A stretch of 34,976 nt of DNA from Salinivirgaceae bacterium (lineage in GTDB: Bacteria; Bacteroidota; Bacteroidia; Bacteroidales; SZUA-534), in assembly GCA_024405635.1 (NCBI GenBank), contig JAKSOL010000027.1, positions 1 to 34,976 of the forward strand, given 5' to 3'. The position numbers and the translations under genes were made by a program. Below are positions 21,157 to 30,574 of this stretch, in pieces; position 1 is the first letter of the stretch; each line of letters starts with the position of its first letter. The notes beneath the pieces are model-generated. The model was not told the DNA's origin and searched no databases. It was given only the letters and a program-made list of their open reading frames with translations.

Positions 21157-23364
21157 ATGAAACACGTATGGACTATTGCCCGCCGCGAATTCCAATCGTT
21201 TTTTGACTCACTTTCAGCCTATATTTTATTAGTTCTGTTTTTGAGTTTCACAGGCATTTTTACATGGATTTACGGCAACGATATATTTATGTACGGACAA
21301 GCATCGTTGCAAATGTTTTTCAACGTTGCATACATATCGCTCTTTTTGCTAATTCCAGCATTAACCATGAAATCGATTGCCGAAGAACGAAAAACCGGCA
21401 CCATTGAAATGCTACTAACAAAGCCAATAACAGTGTGGCAGTTATTGCTTGGCAAATACTTGGCAATACTGATGCTTGTTGCTGTGTGCCTGGCACTTAC
21501 ACTTCCCTACTACATTTCGGTTTCGTGCCTTGGAAACATTGATCATGGCGCTGTAATATGCGGATATATTGGACTTTTGCTTATGTGCAGCGCCTATATT
21601 GCAATAGGACTTTTTGCCAGCTCAATAACAGGAAATCAAATAGTTAGCTTTCTCATATCTATAAGCATTGGAATATTGTTCCACTTTATATTCGATATGA
21701 TGGGTGAACATTTTTCGGGTACTCTTGGGCACTTGGCAAACTCGCTTAATATGAACACCCATTTTGAAAGCATTGCTCGTGGGGTTATTGACTCAAAAGA
21801 CATTATTTACTTTATATCAATCACATTTGCAGCCATTTACGTTGCAAAAAATCAGATAAAACGCAACACATCAAAACTCAACACAGCATTAACACTGGCA
21901 ATTGTGGTTGCAATAAACATTGTAGGTTCATACGCGTTTTTTCGACTCGATTTTACAGGTGACAAACGCTACACACTCAGCAACGCCACTTTATCTATTT
22001 TAGAAAAAGTTGACGAACCTATTACAGTAAAAGCCTATTTTTCAGAAGATTTACCTGCCGAAGTAGCAAAAGGCAAGCAAGATTTTAAAGACTTGCTAAC
22101 AGAATATCACAGCACATCGAGCCACATGATTGAATTTGAGTTTATCAATCCAGCTAGCGACGATATAACAGAACAAGAGGCAATGGATTGTGGCATATTT
22201 CCCATAATGATAAACGTGCGCGAAAAAGACCAGATAAAACAACAAAAAGCATACATGGGCGCCGTTGTGATGAAAGGAAAAAAATCAGAAATAATACCAT
22301 TTGTACGCCCCAACATGTCGGTTGAATACGAACTATCGTCAGCCATACGCAAACTATCGCAAACCAACCGCCCTACTGTAGCCATACTACAAGGCCATGG
22401 CGAACCTTTGCCTGAATTTATGCCACAACTATTATCGGAACTCGAAGTGCTTAACAACATAACCACAGCAACTATTAATGGTAACATTGCAAACCTAAAC
22501 GGCATAAACACGTTGCTGATTATTGCACCAACCGATAGTATTCCGCAAGCCGATTTTGATGCAATTGACCAATTTATGGCAAATGGCGGACGCGTTGCTA
22601 TTGCTATCAATCGCGTAAACGTAAACCTTGACGAATTTGCTGGATTCAGCCAAAACACTGGACTTGAAACTTGGTTACAAACAAAAGACATTACCGTTGA
22701 CAACAAATTTGCAATAGATAGTCGTTGCGCAACCGTTGGCATACAACAGCAACAACCAAACGGCTTTACTACTAGCACTCAAATGATATTCCCCTACATT
22801 CCAATCATCACCCAATTTGCCGACAACGCTATTACAACCGGATTGGAACAAATTCAATTTCAGTTTGTTAGCCCAGTTGTTTACACTGGCGATTCACTTG
22901 CAACCTTCACCACACTTGTAACAACATCAAACCACGCGGCCACACTCAACGTACCACATTATATCGACATGCAAAAAGAGTGGACATTTGCCGATTTTCC
23001 TCTAGCCGAAGTACCTGTGGCTGGACTACTTGAAGGCAACATTGCTGGCGCAAATACCAAAATGGTAATTTTTGGCGATGGCGATTTTGTAATAAACGCA
23101 TCTCCTCGGCAAAAACTTATGCCCGATAATATCAGCCTTATGGCCAACGCAATCGACTACCTAACAGACGACACAGGTTTGATTGAACTTCGCACAAAAG
23201 GCATAACTTCGCGCCCGCTTGATGATGTTGACAATCAAAGTCGAACCATAATTAAATGGATTAACGTTTTGCTACCCATTGTGTTAGCAATTTTTATAGG
23301 CATACTTCGCAAACAACAACAACGCAACTTGCGCATTAAACGAATGGAGGAAGGCTATGTATAA
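21157..23364 (+). CDS. gldFG: Fused GldF (ABC-2 permease) - GldG (ABC auxiliary) protein
   Basis: N-terminal ~235 aa: TMKSIAEERKTGTIEMLLTKP, HFESIARGVID (GldF-like). Continues in frame into RLDFTGDKRYTLS, LQGHGE, GDGDF and NAIDYL...GLIELR (GldG-like). Confidence 0.88.
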   Translation: MKHVWTIARREFQSFFDSLSAYILLVLFLSFTGIFTWIYGNDIFMYGQASLQMFFNVAYISLFLLIPALTMKSIAEERKTGTIEMLLTKPITVWQLLLGKYLAILMLVAVCLALTLPYYISVSCLGNIDHGAVICGYIGLLLMCSAYIAIGLFASSITGNQIVSFLISISIGILFHFIFDMMGEHFSGTLGHLANSLNMNTHFESIARGVIDSKDIIYFISITFAAIYVAKNQIKRNTSKLNTALTLAIVVAINIVGSYAFFRLDFTGDKRYTLSNATLSILEKVDEPITVKAYFSEDLPAEVAKGKQDFKDLLTEYHSTSSHMIEFEFINPASDDITEQEAMDCGIFPIMINVREKDQIKQQKAYMGAVVMKGKKSEIIPFVRPNMSVEYELSSAIRKLSQTNRPTVAILQGHGEPLPEFMPQLLSELEVLNNITTATINGNIANLNGINTLLIIAPTDSIPQADFDAIDQFMANGGRVAIAINRVNVNLDEFAGFSQNTGLETWLQTKDITVDNKFAIDSRCATVGIQQQQPNGFTTSTQMIFPYIPIITQFADNAITTGLEQIQFQFVSPVVYTGDSLATFTTLVTTSNHAATLNVPHYIDMQKEWTFADFPLAEVPVAGLLEGNIAGANTKMVIFGDGDFVINASPRQKLMPDNISLMANAIDYLTDDTGLIELRTKGITSRPLDDVDNQSRTIIKWINVLLPIVLAIFIGILRKQQQRNLRIKRMEEGYV

Positions 23365-24277
23365 GAACAAACAATCGACCCGAACACTTACTCTTTTGTT
23401 AGCTGGAATAGTTTTAGTTTCAGTAATAATGATGGTATTAAGCCACCAAAGCGACCGATCGTACAAACGCCACGTTATTAAGACCAATGCCGAAAAAATA
23501 AGCCGTTTCAGCATTACACCAAGCAATGGCGACAGCACATTTCAAGTTATAAAAACCAAAAGCGGATGGGTTGTTCCAATGCCATGGGGAAACGTAGATG
23601 CAAGCGCCTTTAATGTTGAAAAACTACTGCGCTATCTCGATGGAGGAATAGCATCGGACCGTTTAGTTGCCAAACATCCAATGCAGTGGGCCGACTTTGG
23701 GGTGTCTGATAGCCTTGCAACACACGTTATTGCATACCGCAACAACAAAGAGGTTGCCAACTTTTATTGCGGAGGTTTTGAGTTTGAGCCACAAACTCGC
23801 CGCACATGGTGCTACATTCGTTTGGCCGATAATGGCGAAGTTTACTCGGTTGATGGCATTTTAAGCATGTCGCTAAACCGCACACAAGCCGACTTTAGAA
23901 ACAACGACCTTTTAAGTGTGAGCCCTAAAAGCATCAGCAAAATTGAAGTTGAACAAGCCGACTCGTCATACACAATTGAGAGAAATGGCAACTCATTGTT
24001 AATGAACGGCATAGCATGCGATTCAGTTAAGGCCAGCAAATTCATTCATCAAGTATCGAAACTTACCACTCACCTTTTTGCCGATAGCGCTCGCAACCAA
24101 CTTAAACAACCAATTGCAAAAGCCTCAATAACAGCCAATAACAACGTTGTAACAATAACGGCATACAAGGTTAACAATGAAATTGTACTTGAATCGTCGG
24201 CAAACAATGGCAATTTATTTTCTGACGAAAGATTGAACCAAATTTTGTTTACCAAAAAGCAGAATTTGCTACCGTAG
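23357..24277 (+). CDS. DUF4340 family membrane-anchored protein
   Basis: N-terminal TM; WADFGV...; YIRL...VYSV...FRNNDL two-repeat organisation; usual position after GldG-like genes. Confidence 0.75.
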   Translation: MYKNKQSTRTLTLLLAGIVLVSVIMMVLSHQSDRSYKRHVIKTNAEKISRFSITPSNGDSTFQVIKTKSGWVVPMPWGNVDASAFNVEKLLRYLDGGIASDRLVAKHPMQWADFGVSDSLATHVIAYRNNKEVANFYCGGFEFEPQTRRTWCYIRLADNGEVYSVDGILSMSLNRTQADFRNNDLLSVSPKSISKIEVEQADSSYTIERNGNSLLMNGIACDSVKASKFIHQVSKLTTHLFADSARNQLKQPIAKASITANNNVVTITAYKVNNEIVLESSANNGNLFSDERLNQILFTKKQNLLP

Positions 24278-24475
24278 TTTAGCGCCCAAAAATGGCTTCA
24301 ATTTTCAGTTTTAGTAATACACGTAATGCAAAAAGTGATAATTACATCAAGTAACACGCTAACAATCAAACAATTTATTAGTCACAATTAAATTCAAACA
24401 ATTTATGCACCATGCGGTTTTTAACGCATATATTTAACCAATTTTGCGACAGTAATAAAAACCGTAATTGACACA

Positions 24476-25882
24476 ATGGGTGGCATTTTTGGAACAATAG
24501 GCAAGTCGAGTTGCGTAAAAGATTTGTATTACGGAACCGACTACAATTCACATCTTGGGACAAAGCGCGGTGGCATGGCCACACTTTCTGAAAAGGGCTT
24601 TATCCGATCAATTCACAACCTTGAGAGCACATATTTCCGCACCAAATTTGAACCAGATTTGGACAAATTCAGCGGCAATTCAGGCATCGGTGTAATTAGC
24701 GACACCGACTCACAACCAATCATTGTAAACAGCCATTTGGGCAAATTTGCAATGGTTACAGTTGCCAAGGTTAACAACATAAAAGAGTTGGAAACTGGGC
24801 TTTTGCAACGCATGCATCACTTTGCCGAATTTAGCGGTGGCGACACCAACCAAACCGAGTTGTTGGCAATGCTAATAACCGAAGGCAAAGATTTTGTTGA
24901 CGGCATTGAGCGCATTTACAACAACATAAAAGGTTCGGCAACAATGCTTTTGCTAACCGAAAAAGGTTTAATTGCAGCTCGCGATAAATACGGCCGTTTG
25001 CCTTTGGTAATTGGTAAAAAAGAAGGAGCCTACGCCATTACCGGCGAATCGGTTGCCTTTCCAAACCTTGGTTACGAACCTTGCTACGATTTAGGTCCAG
25101 GCGAAATTGTACTTATTACCGCCGACGGCATTGAGCAACTTCGCAAACCAGAAAAGAAAATGCAAGTTTGCTCGTTTATGTGGATATACTACGGATATCC
25201 ACCTTCAACATACGAAGGCATAAACGTTGACGAATTCCGTTTAATGAGCGGCAAACTTATGGCCGAAACCGATGATGTAAAACCTGACTATGTTGGTGCT
25301 ATTCCTGATTCGGGTATTGGTCATGCACTTGGTTACTCTCATGGTTTGGGCGTTCCTTATCGTCGTGCAATTATTAAATACACACCAACTTGGCCTCGTA
25401 GCTTTACCCCAACAAACCAAACAATGCGCGAGTTGGTTGCTAGTATGAAACTTGTGCCAAACCGTGCCATGCTAAACGGCAAACGAGTTATGCTTTGCGA
25501 CGATTCAATAGTTCGTGGTACACAGTTGCGCGACAACGTAAAAGTACTTTACGATTACGGAGCAAAAGAAGTTCACATGCGCATCAGCTGTCCTCCATTG
25601 TTGTTCAGCTGCCCATTCATCAACTTCTCGGCTTCAAAATCAATTTTGGAACTTATTACACGCCGCATTGTTCAAGAATTTGAGGGCGACATTGATGCTC
25701 ACATTGACGAGTACATTACCCCAGGAACTGAGCGTTACAAGAAAATGGTTGACGAAATTTGCAAACGTTTAGGTATGGATTCGCTTAAATTCAACACACT
25801 TGAGAATGTGATAAAAGCAATTGGACTACCTAAAGAATGTGTTTGCACTCATTGTTTCGACGGAAGTAGCTGCGGACACTAA
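24476..25882 (+). CDS. purF: Amidophosphoribosyltransferase (PurF-like) without the N-terminal catalytic Cys
   Basis: ARDKYGRLPL, CSFMWIYYG, IPDSG, CDDSIVRGT (PRPP site), EVHMRISCPP and CTHCF. The N-terminus is MGGIFG rather than (M)CG. Confidence 0.9.
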   Translation: MGGIFGTIGKSSCVKDLYYGTDYNSHLGTKRGGMATLSEKGFIRSIHNLESTYFRTKFEPDLDKFSGNSGIGVISDTDSQPIIVNSHLGKFAMVTVAKVNNIKELETGLLQRMHHFAEFSGGDTNQTELLAMLITEGKDFVDGIERIYNNIKGSATMLLLTEKGLIAARDKYGRLPLVIGKKEGAYAITGESVAFPNLGYEPCYDLGPGEIVLITADGIEQLRKPEKKMQVCSFMWIYYGYPPSTYEGINVDEFRLMSGKLMAETDDVKPDYVGAIPDSGIGHALGYSHGLGVPYRRAIIKYTPTWPRSFTPTNQTMRELVASMKLVPNRAMLNGKRVMLCDDSIVRGTQLRDNVKVLYDYGAKEVHMRISCPPLLFSCPFINFSASKSILELITRRIVQEFEGDIDAHIDEYITPGTERYKKMVDEICKRLGMDSLKFNTLENVIKAIGLPKECVCTHCFDGSSCGH

Positions 25883-25906
25883 TTGAAGAAAAATACTTAG
25901 CCAAGT

Positions 25907-25941
25907 AAAAAGCGGTTCCTACATCAGAAACCGCTTTTTTT
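25907..25941. terminator. Bidirectional terminator between purF and the HAD gene
   Basis: AAAAAGCGGTT...AACCGCTTTTTTT between convergent genes. Confidence 0.8.
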
Positions 25942-25995
25942 ATGCTTCAAATTTTTTTCAAATTGCATAGTTGGGGTTCGTTCCCAAAAGGATTT

Positions 25996-26667
25996 TTATT
26001 TCAACACATCGAGTGTCAATCCTTCAAACCCATCACGAAGTTGGTAAACGTTACCAATCTCAGCAACTTTTGCAGTATCAAGAGTAGGTTCAACCGCAAC
26101 AATGCGACCAATGCCTGCAGCCACAGCCGAACGAATTCCAGCATACGAATCTTCGAAAACCAAACAATTTTGAGGTTTTACGCCAAGCACTTCTGCTGCT
26201 TTTAGAAAAATATCGGGAGCTGGTTTGCCCGGATATGTTCCATCATCGTACACAACTTTCTGAAAATCAAACCATTTACTCAACCCCAAATGGCTGAAAT
26301 AAAATTCCACATTTGGACGATACGAACCTGTAGCAATGGTAAATGGCACATTGGTAGGTTTCAGCTGATTAAGAAAATCTTCAACGCCGGGAGCTAAATC
26401 AAACAAACCACCAGGTGCTGCACATCGCGTGCGATATGTCAATTCCTTTTCTTCTGTTATACGCTCCAGCTCCGCCGCATCAGGTTCTCTTCCTAGTAAA
26501 TATTTAATAATCTGATAGTTGGTCCTTCCTTGCAAATTGGCATAAAACTCATCAATACCAAGAGGTTTTTGGCGAAGAGTAGCCGCCATTTCAATCCAAA
26601 CTCGCTCGTGCAGTGGAGAGTCGAGAAACATTGTTCCGTTAAAATCAAAAACAACAGCCTGTATCAT
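25996..26667 (-). CDS. HAD family phosphatase (beta-PGM/CbbY-like, subfamily IA)
   Basis: Motif I VVFDFNGT, motif II IATGS, motif III GKPAPDIF, motif IV VFEDS..GI.SA..AG. Confidence 0.9.
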   Translation of the reverse strand: MIQAVVFDFNGTMFLDSPLHERVWIEMAATLRQKPLGIDEFYANLQGRTNYQIIKYLLGREPDAAELERITEEKELTYRTRCAAPGGLFDLAPGVEDFLNQLKPTNVPFTIATGSYRPNVEFYFSHLGLSKWFDFQKVVYDDGTYPGKPAPDIFLKAAEVLGVKPQNCLVFEDSYAGIRSAVAAGIGRIVAVEPTLDTAKVAEIGNVYQLRDGFEGLTLDVLK

Positions 26668-26704
26668 AAACTTTTACATTTGAATCAGTATAAAATTATT
26701 CGCA

Positions 26705-26747
26705 CAAAAGTAATGCAAGTATGCGAACCGTTTTGTAAGTATATTTG
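26705..26747. promoter_or_regulatory. Divergent pair of -7 boxes: TACTTTTG (- strand, 26705-26712) for the HAD gene and TATATTTG (+ strand, 26740-26747) for the M16 operon
   Basis: Two exact TAnnTTTG matches pointing away from each other. The + box overlaps the track's TTG start at 26745. Confidence 0.7.
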
Positions 26748-26774
26748 CATAGATATGACATCACACTGAACATC

Positions 26775-28013
26775 ATGATAAAATTTGACCGATTTACATT
26801 AGACAACGGACTCACCGTAATTGTACATAGCGACCCAACATCGCAAACAGCAACGGTAAACTTATTGTATAAAGTTGGAGCTCGCAACGAACGTCCCGAG
26901 CGAACTGGATTTGCCCACTTGTTTGAACACTTGATGTTTGAAGGCTCGAAAAACGTAAAAGATTTTGACCACCAACTGCAACTTGCCGGCGGTGATAACA
27001 ACGCATACACAACCAACGACTATACAAACTACTACATTAACCTTCCAAAGCAGAATTTGGAAACAGCATTTTGGCTTGAGTCGGACCGAATGCTGGAACT
27101 TGACCTTACACAAGAAAAACTCGACATTCAGAAAGGTGTTGTAATTGAAGAGTTTAACCAACGATATTTGAACCAACCTTACGGCGATTGGATGCTTAAA
27201 CTGCGCCCACTAGCCTACAAAAAACATCCATACCGATGGGCAACAATAGGCATGGACACTAGCCATATTGCAAATGCCACACTTGACGAAGTAAAGGACT
27301 TTTTCTATTCGTTTTACGCACCCAACAATGCCATTCTTTCGGTTGCTGGAAACGTTGAAACTGAACAAGTTAAGCAACTTGCCGAAAAATGGTTTGGACC
27401 AATTCCAATGCGCACAATACGCAAATGTGTAATTGAGCCAGAGCCTGAACAAACTGCACCTCGACTCCTAAACATTGAGGGCAATGTTCCTTGCAACAGC
27501 ATATACATGGCTTACCACATGGCCGACCGCCGCTCTCCCGAGTTTTACACTGCCGACCTTATTACCGACATATTGGCAGGTGGCGACTCTTCGCGAATTC
27601 CTTTAAACCTTATAAAACGAGACAAAATTTTTTCGCAAGCAAATGCTGCAATAACAGGCAGTTACGACTCTGGTTTGGTTATCTTGCAAGGTAAAATGAA
27701 CAACGGAATAAGCTTTGAACAAGCCCAAGAAGCTTTACAAAACGAAGCCGACTTGCTTTGGAAAGAACTTGTGAGCAACCACGAACTACAAAAAGTAAAA
27801 AACTGCTTAGAAATTAAAAAAGCTGTGTCGGAAATTGGAAACGAAACCAAAGCCGAAATTTTAGCTATTGGCGAAATGCTTGGCGATGCAAACCTGATAA
27901 ACTCAATTGTTGAAAGATATCAGCACGTAACCCCCGAATCGCTTGCCGCTGAAGCAAAAAAGATTTTCTCTGTCAACAACCGATCTACCATTTTTTACAA
28001 AGCTAGGAACTGA
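26775..28013 (+). CDS. M16B zinc peptidase, catalytic subunit (ATG at 26775)
   Basis: TGFAHLFEHLMFEGS (HxxEH), NAYT..D.TNY, WLESDRM, VVIEE and FYAPNNA. Confidence 0.93.
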   Translation: MIKFDRFTLDNGLTVIVHSDPTSQTATVNLLYKVGARNERPERTGFAHLFEHLMFEGSKNVKDFDHQLQLAGGDNNAYTTNDYTNYYINLPKQNLETAFWLESDRMLELDLTQEKLDIQKGVVIEEFNQRYLNQPYGDWMLKLRPLAYKKHPYRWATIGMDTSHIANATLDEVKDFFYSFYAPNNAILSVAGNVETEQVKQLAEKWFGPIPMRTIRKCVIEPEPEQTAPRLLNIEGNVPCNSIYMAYHMADRRSPEFYTADLITDILAGGDSSRIPLNLIKRDKIFSQANAAITGSYDSGLVILQGKMNNGISFEQAQEALQNEADLLWKELVSNHELQKVKNCLEIKKAVSEIGNETKAEILAIGEMLGDANLINSIVERYQHVTPESLAAEAKKIFSVNNRSTIFYKARN

Positions 28014-28015
28014 AT

Positions 28016-29299
28016 ATGAACAACTTAGATAGAACAAAAGCACCATCTTTCAAACAAATTGAAAGCATTTCACTTCCAAACCTTACAACTGGAAGATTAA
28101 GCAACGGTATTCAGTTTACAAGCATAAGCGGCAATGCAAACGACGTTGTTCAAATTGACATTTTTTTCAGAGCTGGCGCCATATTCTGCGACAAACCATA
28201 CGTGGCTGCATTTTGCTCGCAAATGATGTATGAAGGAACAACAAAGCATACCGCTCAACAAATTGCCGACGAACTTGAATTTTACGGCATCAGTCTTACC
28301 ATTCAATCAGACAAGCAGTTTGCAAATCTTTCTATAATGTGTTTAAGCAAATATGCCGAACATGCTCTAAATCTTGTTTTGGAAATAATTTGCGAAAGCA
28401 ACTTCCCTCAAAACGAGCTTGACATTATTAAAAACCAAAGCATTCAGGATTTGCTTATAAACCAAGAAAAAACCACACAAATTGCACGAAAGGAAATGTA
28501 CACAACCCTTTATGGTGCAAATCACGTGCTTGGTCGCAAGCAATCAATCGACTTAATAAACGCAGTTTCGCAATCGGACCTTATCAATTTTCACAAAAAG
28601 CACTACACTGCCGCAAACTGTCATTTGGTTATAACCAGCAACCAATCGAGCAACTTAATTTCGCTGATAGACAAACACTTATCAGCCATACCACAAGGGC
28701 AAAAAGCAATTTATCCGGTGCAACCCCAAATGCCAGCAATAAGCAACAACCCAATAATTATTGAAAAAGAAAACACCGTTCAATCGAGTTTGTGCATCGG
28801 TTCGCAAGGAATTGATATAACTCACCCCGACTTTAACGATATGTACATTTGCAGAATTATTTTTGGCGGTTTCTTTGGCTCACGATTGATGAAAAATATT
28901 CGAGAAGACAAAGGCCTAACCTATGGTATTTATGCAAGTTCGGTGCTATATCCTTTTGGCAGTACACTAATAATTGGGGCCGATATAAAACAAGGCTGTT
29001 CAGCACAAACTTTAACCGAAATTCGCAACGAGATTGACCGAATGCAAAACGAGCCAATAAGCGCCAACGAACTGAGCATTGCCCGAAACTACATTATGGG
29101 TAGCATGCTTCAATTGTTTGACGGACCATTTAATAGCATTCAAGCAATAAACCTAATCAACCAATTTGATGTTACAATTGACCATTTTGCACAACGACAA
29201 CAACGGGTTCAAGCAATAACACCAAACGAAATAATGGAAGCTGCCCGCAAGTATCTTGTACCCGAAAAAATGGTAACAGTAATAGTTGGCAAACCATAA
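28016..29299 (+). CDS. M16B peptidase partner subunit, non-catalytic
   Basis: HxxEH is replaced by AAFCSQM; the C-terminal R/Y pair motif GGFFGSRLMKNIREDKGLTYGI is retained. Confidence 0.9.
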   Translation: MNNLDRTKAPSFKQIESISLPNLTTGRLSNGIQFTSISGNANDVVQIDIFFRAGAIFCDKPYVAAFCSQMMYEGTTKHTAQQIADELEFYGISLTIQSDKQFANLSIMCLSKYAEHALNLVLEIICESNFPQNELDIIKNQSIQDLLINQEKTTQIARKEMYTTLYGANHVLGRKQSIDLINAVSQSDLINFHKKHYTAANCHLVITSNQSSNLISLIDKHLSAIPQGQKAIYPVQPQMPAISNNPIIIEKENTVQSSLCIGSQGIDITHPDFNDMYICRIIFGGFFGSRLMKNIREDKGLTYGIYASSVLYPFGSTLIIGADIKQGCSAQTLTEIRNEIDRMQNEPISANELSIARNYIMGSMLQLFDGPFNSIQAINLINQFDVTIDHFAQRQQRVQAITPNEIMEAARKYLVPEKMVTVIVGKP

Positions 29300-29311
29300 C
29301 ACAGCCACCGC

Positions 29312-29800
29312 ATGGACCATTATTTTTTCAGCCGCGAATTGGTTATTCGCCAACCACGCGAAGGCGACGAAGCTGCCATTGCATTAAATGGCAACAACTT
29401 AAAAATTGCACAACAAATGCCAGCTCTTTTCCCTTCGCCATTCACCTACGACGATGCTTGTGTGTATGTTCAAGAAAAGACTAAACAAACACCACCAACT
29501 AGTTTTGTTATAATTTACCAAGACGATGTTGTTGGTTGCATCGACTTGTGCAACAATACTAACAATAGCTACAACATAAGCATTTGGATAGGCGAACCTT
29601 ATTGGCACAACGGCATTGCCACTCAAAGTTGCAAATGGATTTGCCAATATGCCAAACACGAATTAAAAGCCACTAAACTGATTGCTAACACTTTAGAAAG
29701 CAACACGGCAGCAAAAAAACTATTTGAAAAATGTAATTTTACCCAAGTTGACTACACAAACAAGCAAAAAAGCACTTGCGTTTTTATGTTTGATTTATAG
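29312..29800 (+). CDS. GNAT N-acetyltransferase, RimJ/RimL-like
   Basis: FPSPFT.DDA; IWIGEPYWHNGIAT; N.AA.KLFEKCNF. Confidence 0.88.
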   Translation: MDHYFFSRELVIRQPREGDEAAIALNGNNLKIAQQMPALFPSPFTYDDACVYVQEKTKQTPPTSFVIIYQDDVVGCIDLCNNTNNSYNISIWIGEPYWHNGIATQSCKWICQYAKHELKATKLIANTLESNTAAKKLFEKCNFTQVDYTNKQKSTCVFMFDL

Positions 29801-29832
29801 ACTAAAATCATAAAAAACACACATCGGTTGTA

Positions 29833-29840
29833 TATGTTTG
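29833..29840 (+). promoter_or_regulatory. Candidate -7 box (TATGTTTG) for the pilin-like operon
   Basis: Exact TAnnTTTG about 70 nt upstream of the ATG; a near-match TATATTGC at 29852 is an alternative. Confidence 0.4.
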
Positions 29841-29908
29841 CAAATAATAAGTATATTGCACCTCAATATTTAGCAACAAAATTGTATTAACCTTAATATC
29901 AAAACAAA

Positions 29909-30484
29909 ATGAGAAAACTTTTCCTTTCAGTACTTGCATTGGGCTTTGCTGCTGCAGTTTCAGCTCAATCAATTGTTGACAACGCTATTATCCCAGTGTC
30001 TGTTAACGTAAACACCATTATGCGTATGAACGTAACCTCTGGTGGTAACATTGAGTTTGCTTTCAACACAATTAATGACTATACAAATGGCATTGTAAAT
30101 TCATCGCGCTACGACACTAAATTCACAGTAGCATCATCTGTAAAATTTGATGTAACAATGGTTACAGAAGATGCTAATTTAGTTGGTTCAGACAACTCAA
30201 GCAACACAATAAATTTGGATTTAGTTGGTTTTAAAATAACAAATTCAGGAACTGCAACACCTTCAACTTTTCAAGAAAACTGGACAAATCTTGGTGCTGC
30301 AACAGGAACAGGAATTAGCATAGTTCAAGCCGAAGGTGGCGATGCAAGCGCAAATGTATACACAATCAATTGGGCTTGCGGTGTTCCTTCTCAAGGAGCT
30401 GGCACAGGCAACACAATGTTGGCTGCAAATGCAAAACCAGACCGCTACTCTACCAACATTTTCTTGACTCTTACTGCACAATAA
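29909..30484 (+). CDS. Secreted beta-rich protein, putative major pilin/fimbrial subunit
   Basis: SPI signal (..AAAVSA|Q); Thr/Asn/Gly/Ser-rich; alternating hydrophobic N-terminal strand AIIPVSVNV; C-terminal strand YSTNIFLTLTAQ; followed by a hairpin. The pilin call is inference. Confidence 0.6.
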   Translation: MRKLFLSVLALGFAAAVSAQSIVDNAIIPVSVNVNTIMRMNVTSGGNIEFAFNTINDYTNGIVNSSRYDTKFTVASSVKFDVTMVTEDANLVGSDNSSNTINLDLVGFKITNSGTATPSTFQENWTNLGAATGTGISIVQAEGGDASANVYTINWACGVPSQGAGTGNTMLAANAKPDRYSTNIFLTLTAQ

Positions 30485-30513
30485 TAATTGTCGCAAACTA
30501 TATTTATCAAATA

Positions 30514-30545
30514 ACAAAAGGCCAAACTTAGGTTTGGCTTTTTGT
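30514..30545 (+). terminator. Intra-operon stem-loop / partial terminator
   Basis: ACAAAAGGCCAAAC-ttag-GTTTGGCTTTTTGT. Confidence 0.8.
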
Positions 30546-30574
30546 CGTTTGTAACACCTACAAAACCAAACGAA

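Noticed and set aside
22107-22778. 223-aa minus-strand ORF, and the many other 60-140 aa ORFs nested in long genes
   Set aside because: They lie wholly within well-supported genes and have no motifs or plausible protein composition.
26775-29299. Active plus inactive M16 peptidase pair
   Set aside because: Well-known heterodimeric M16B arrangement; not unusual.
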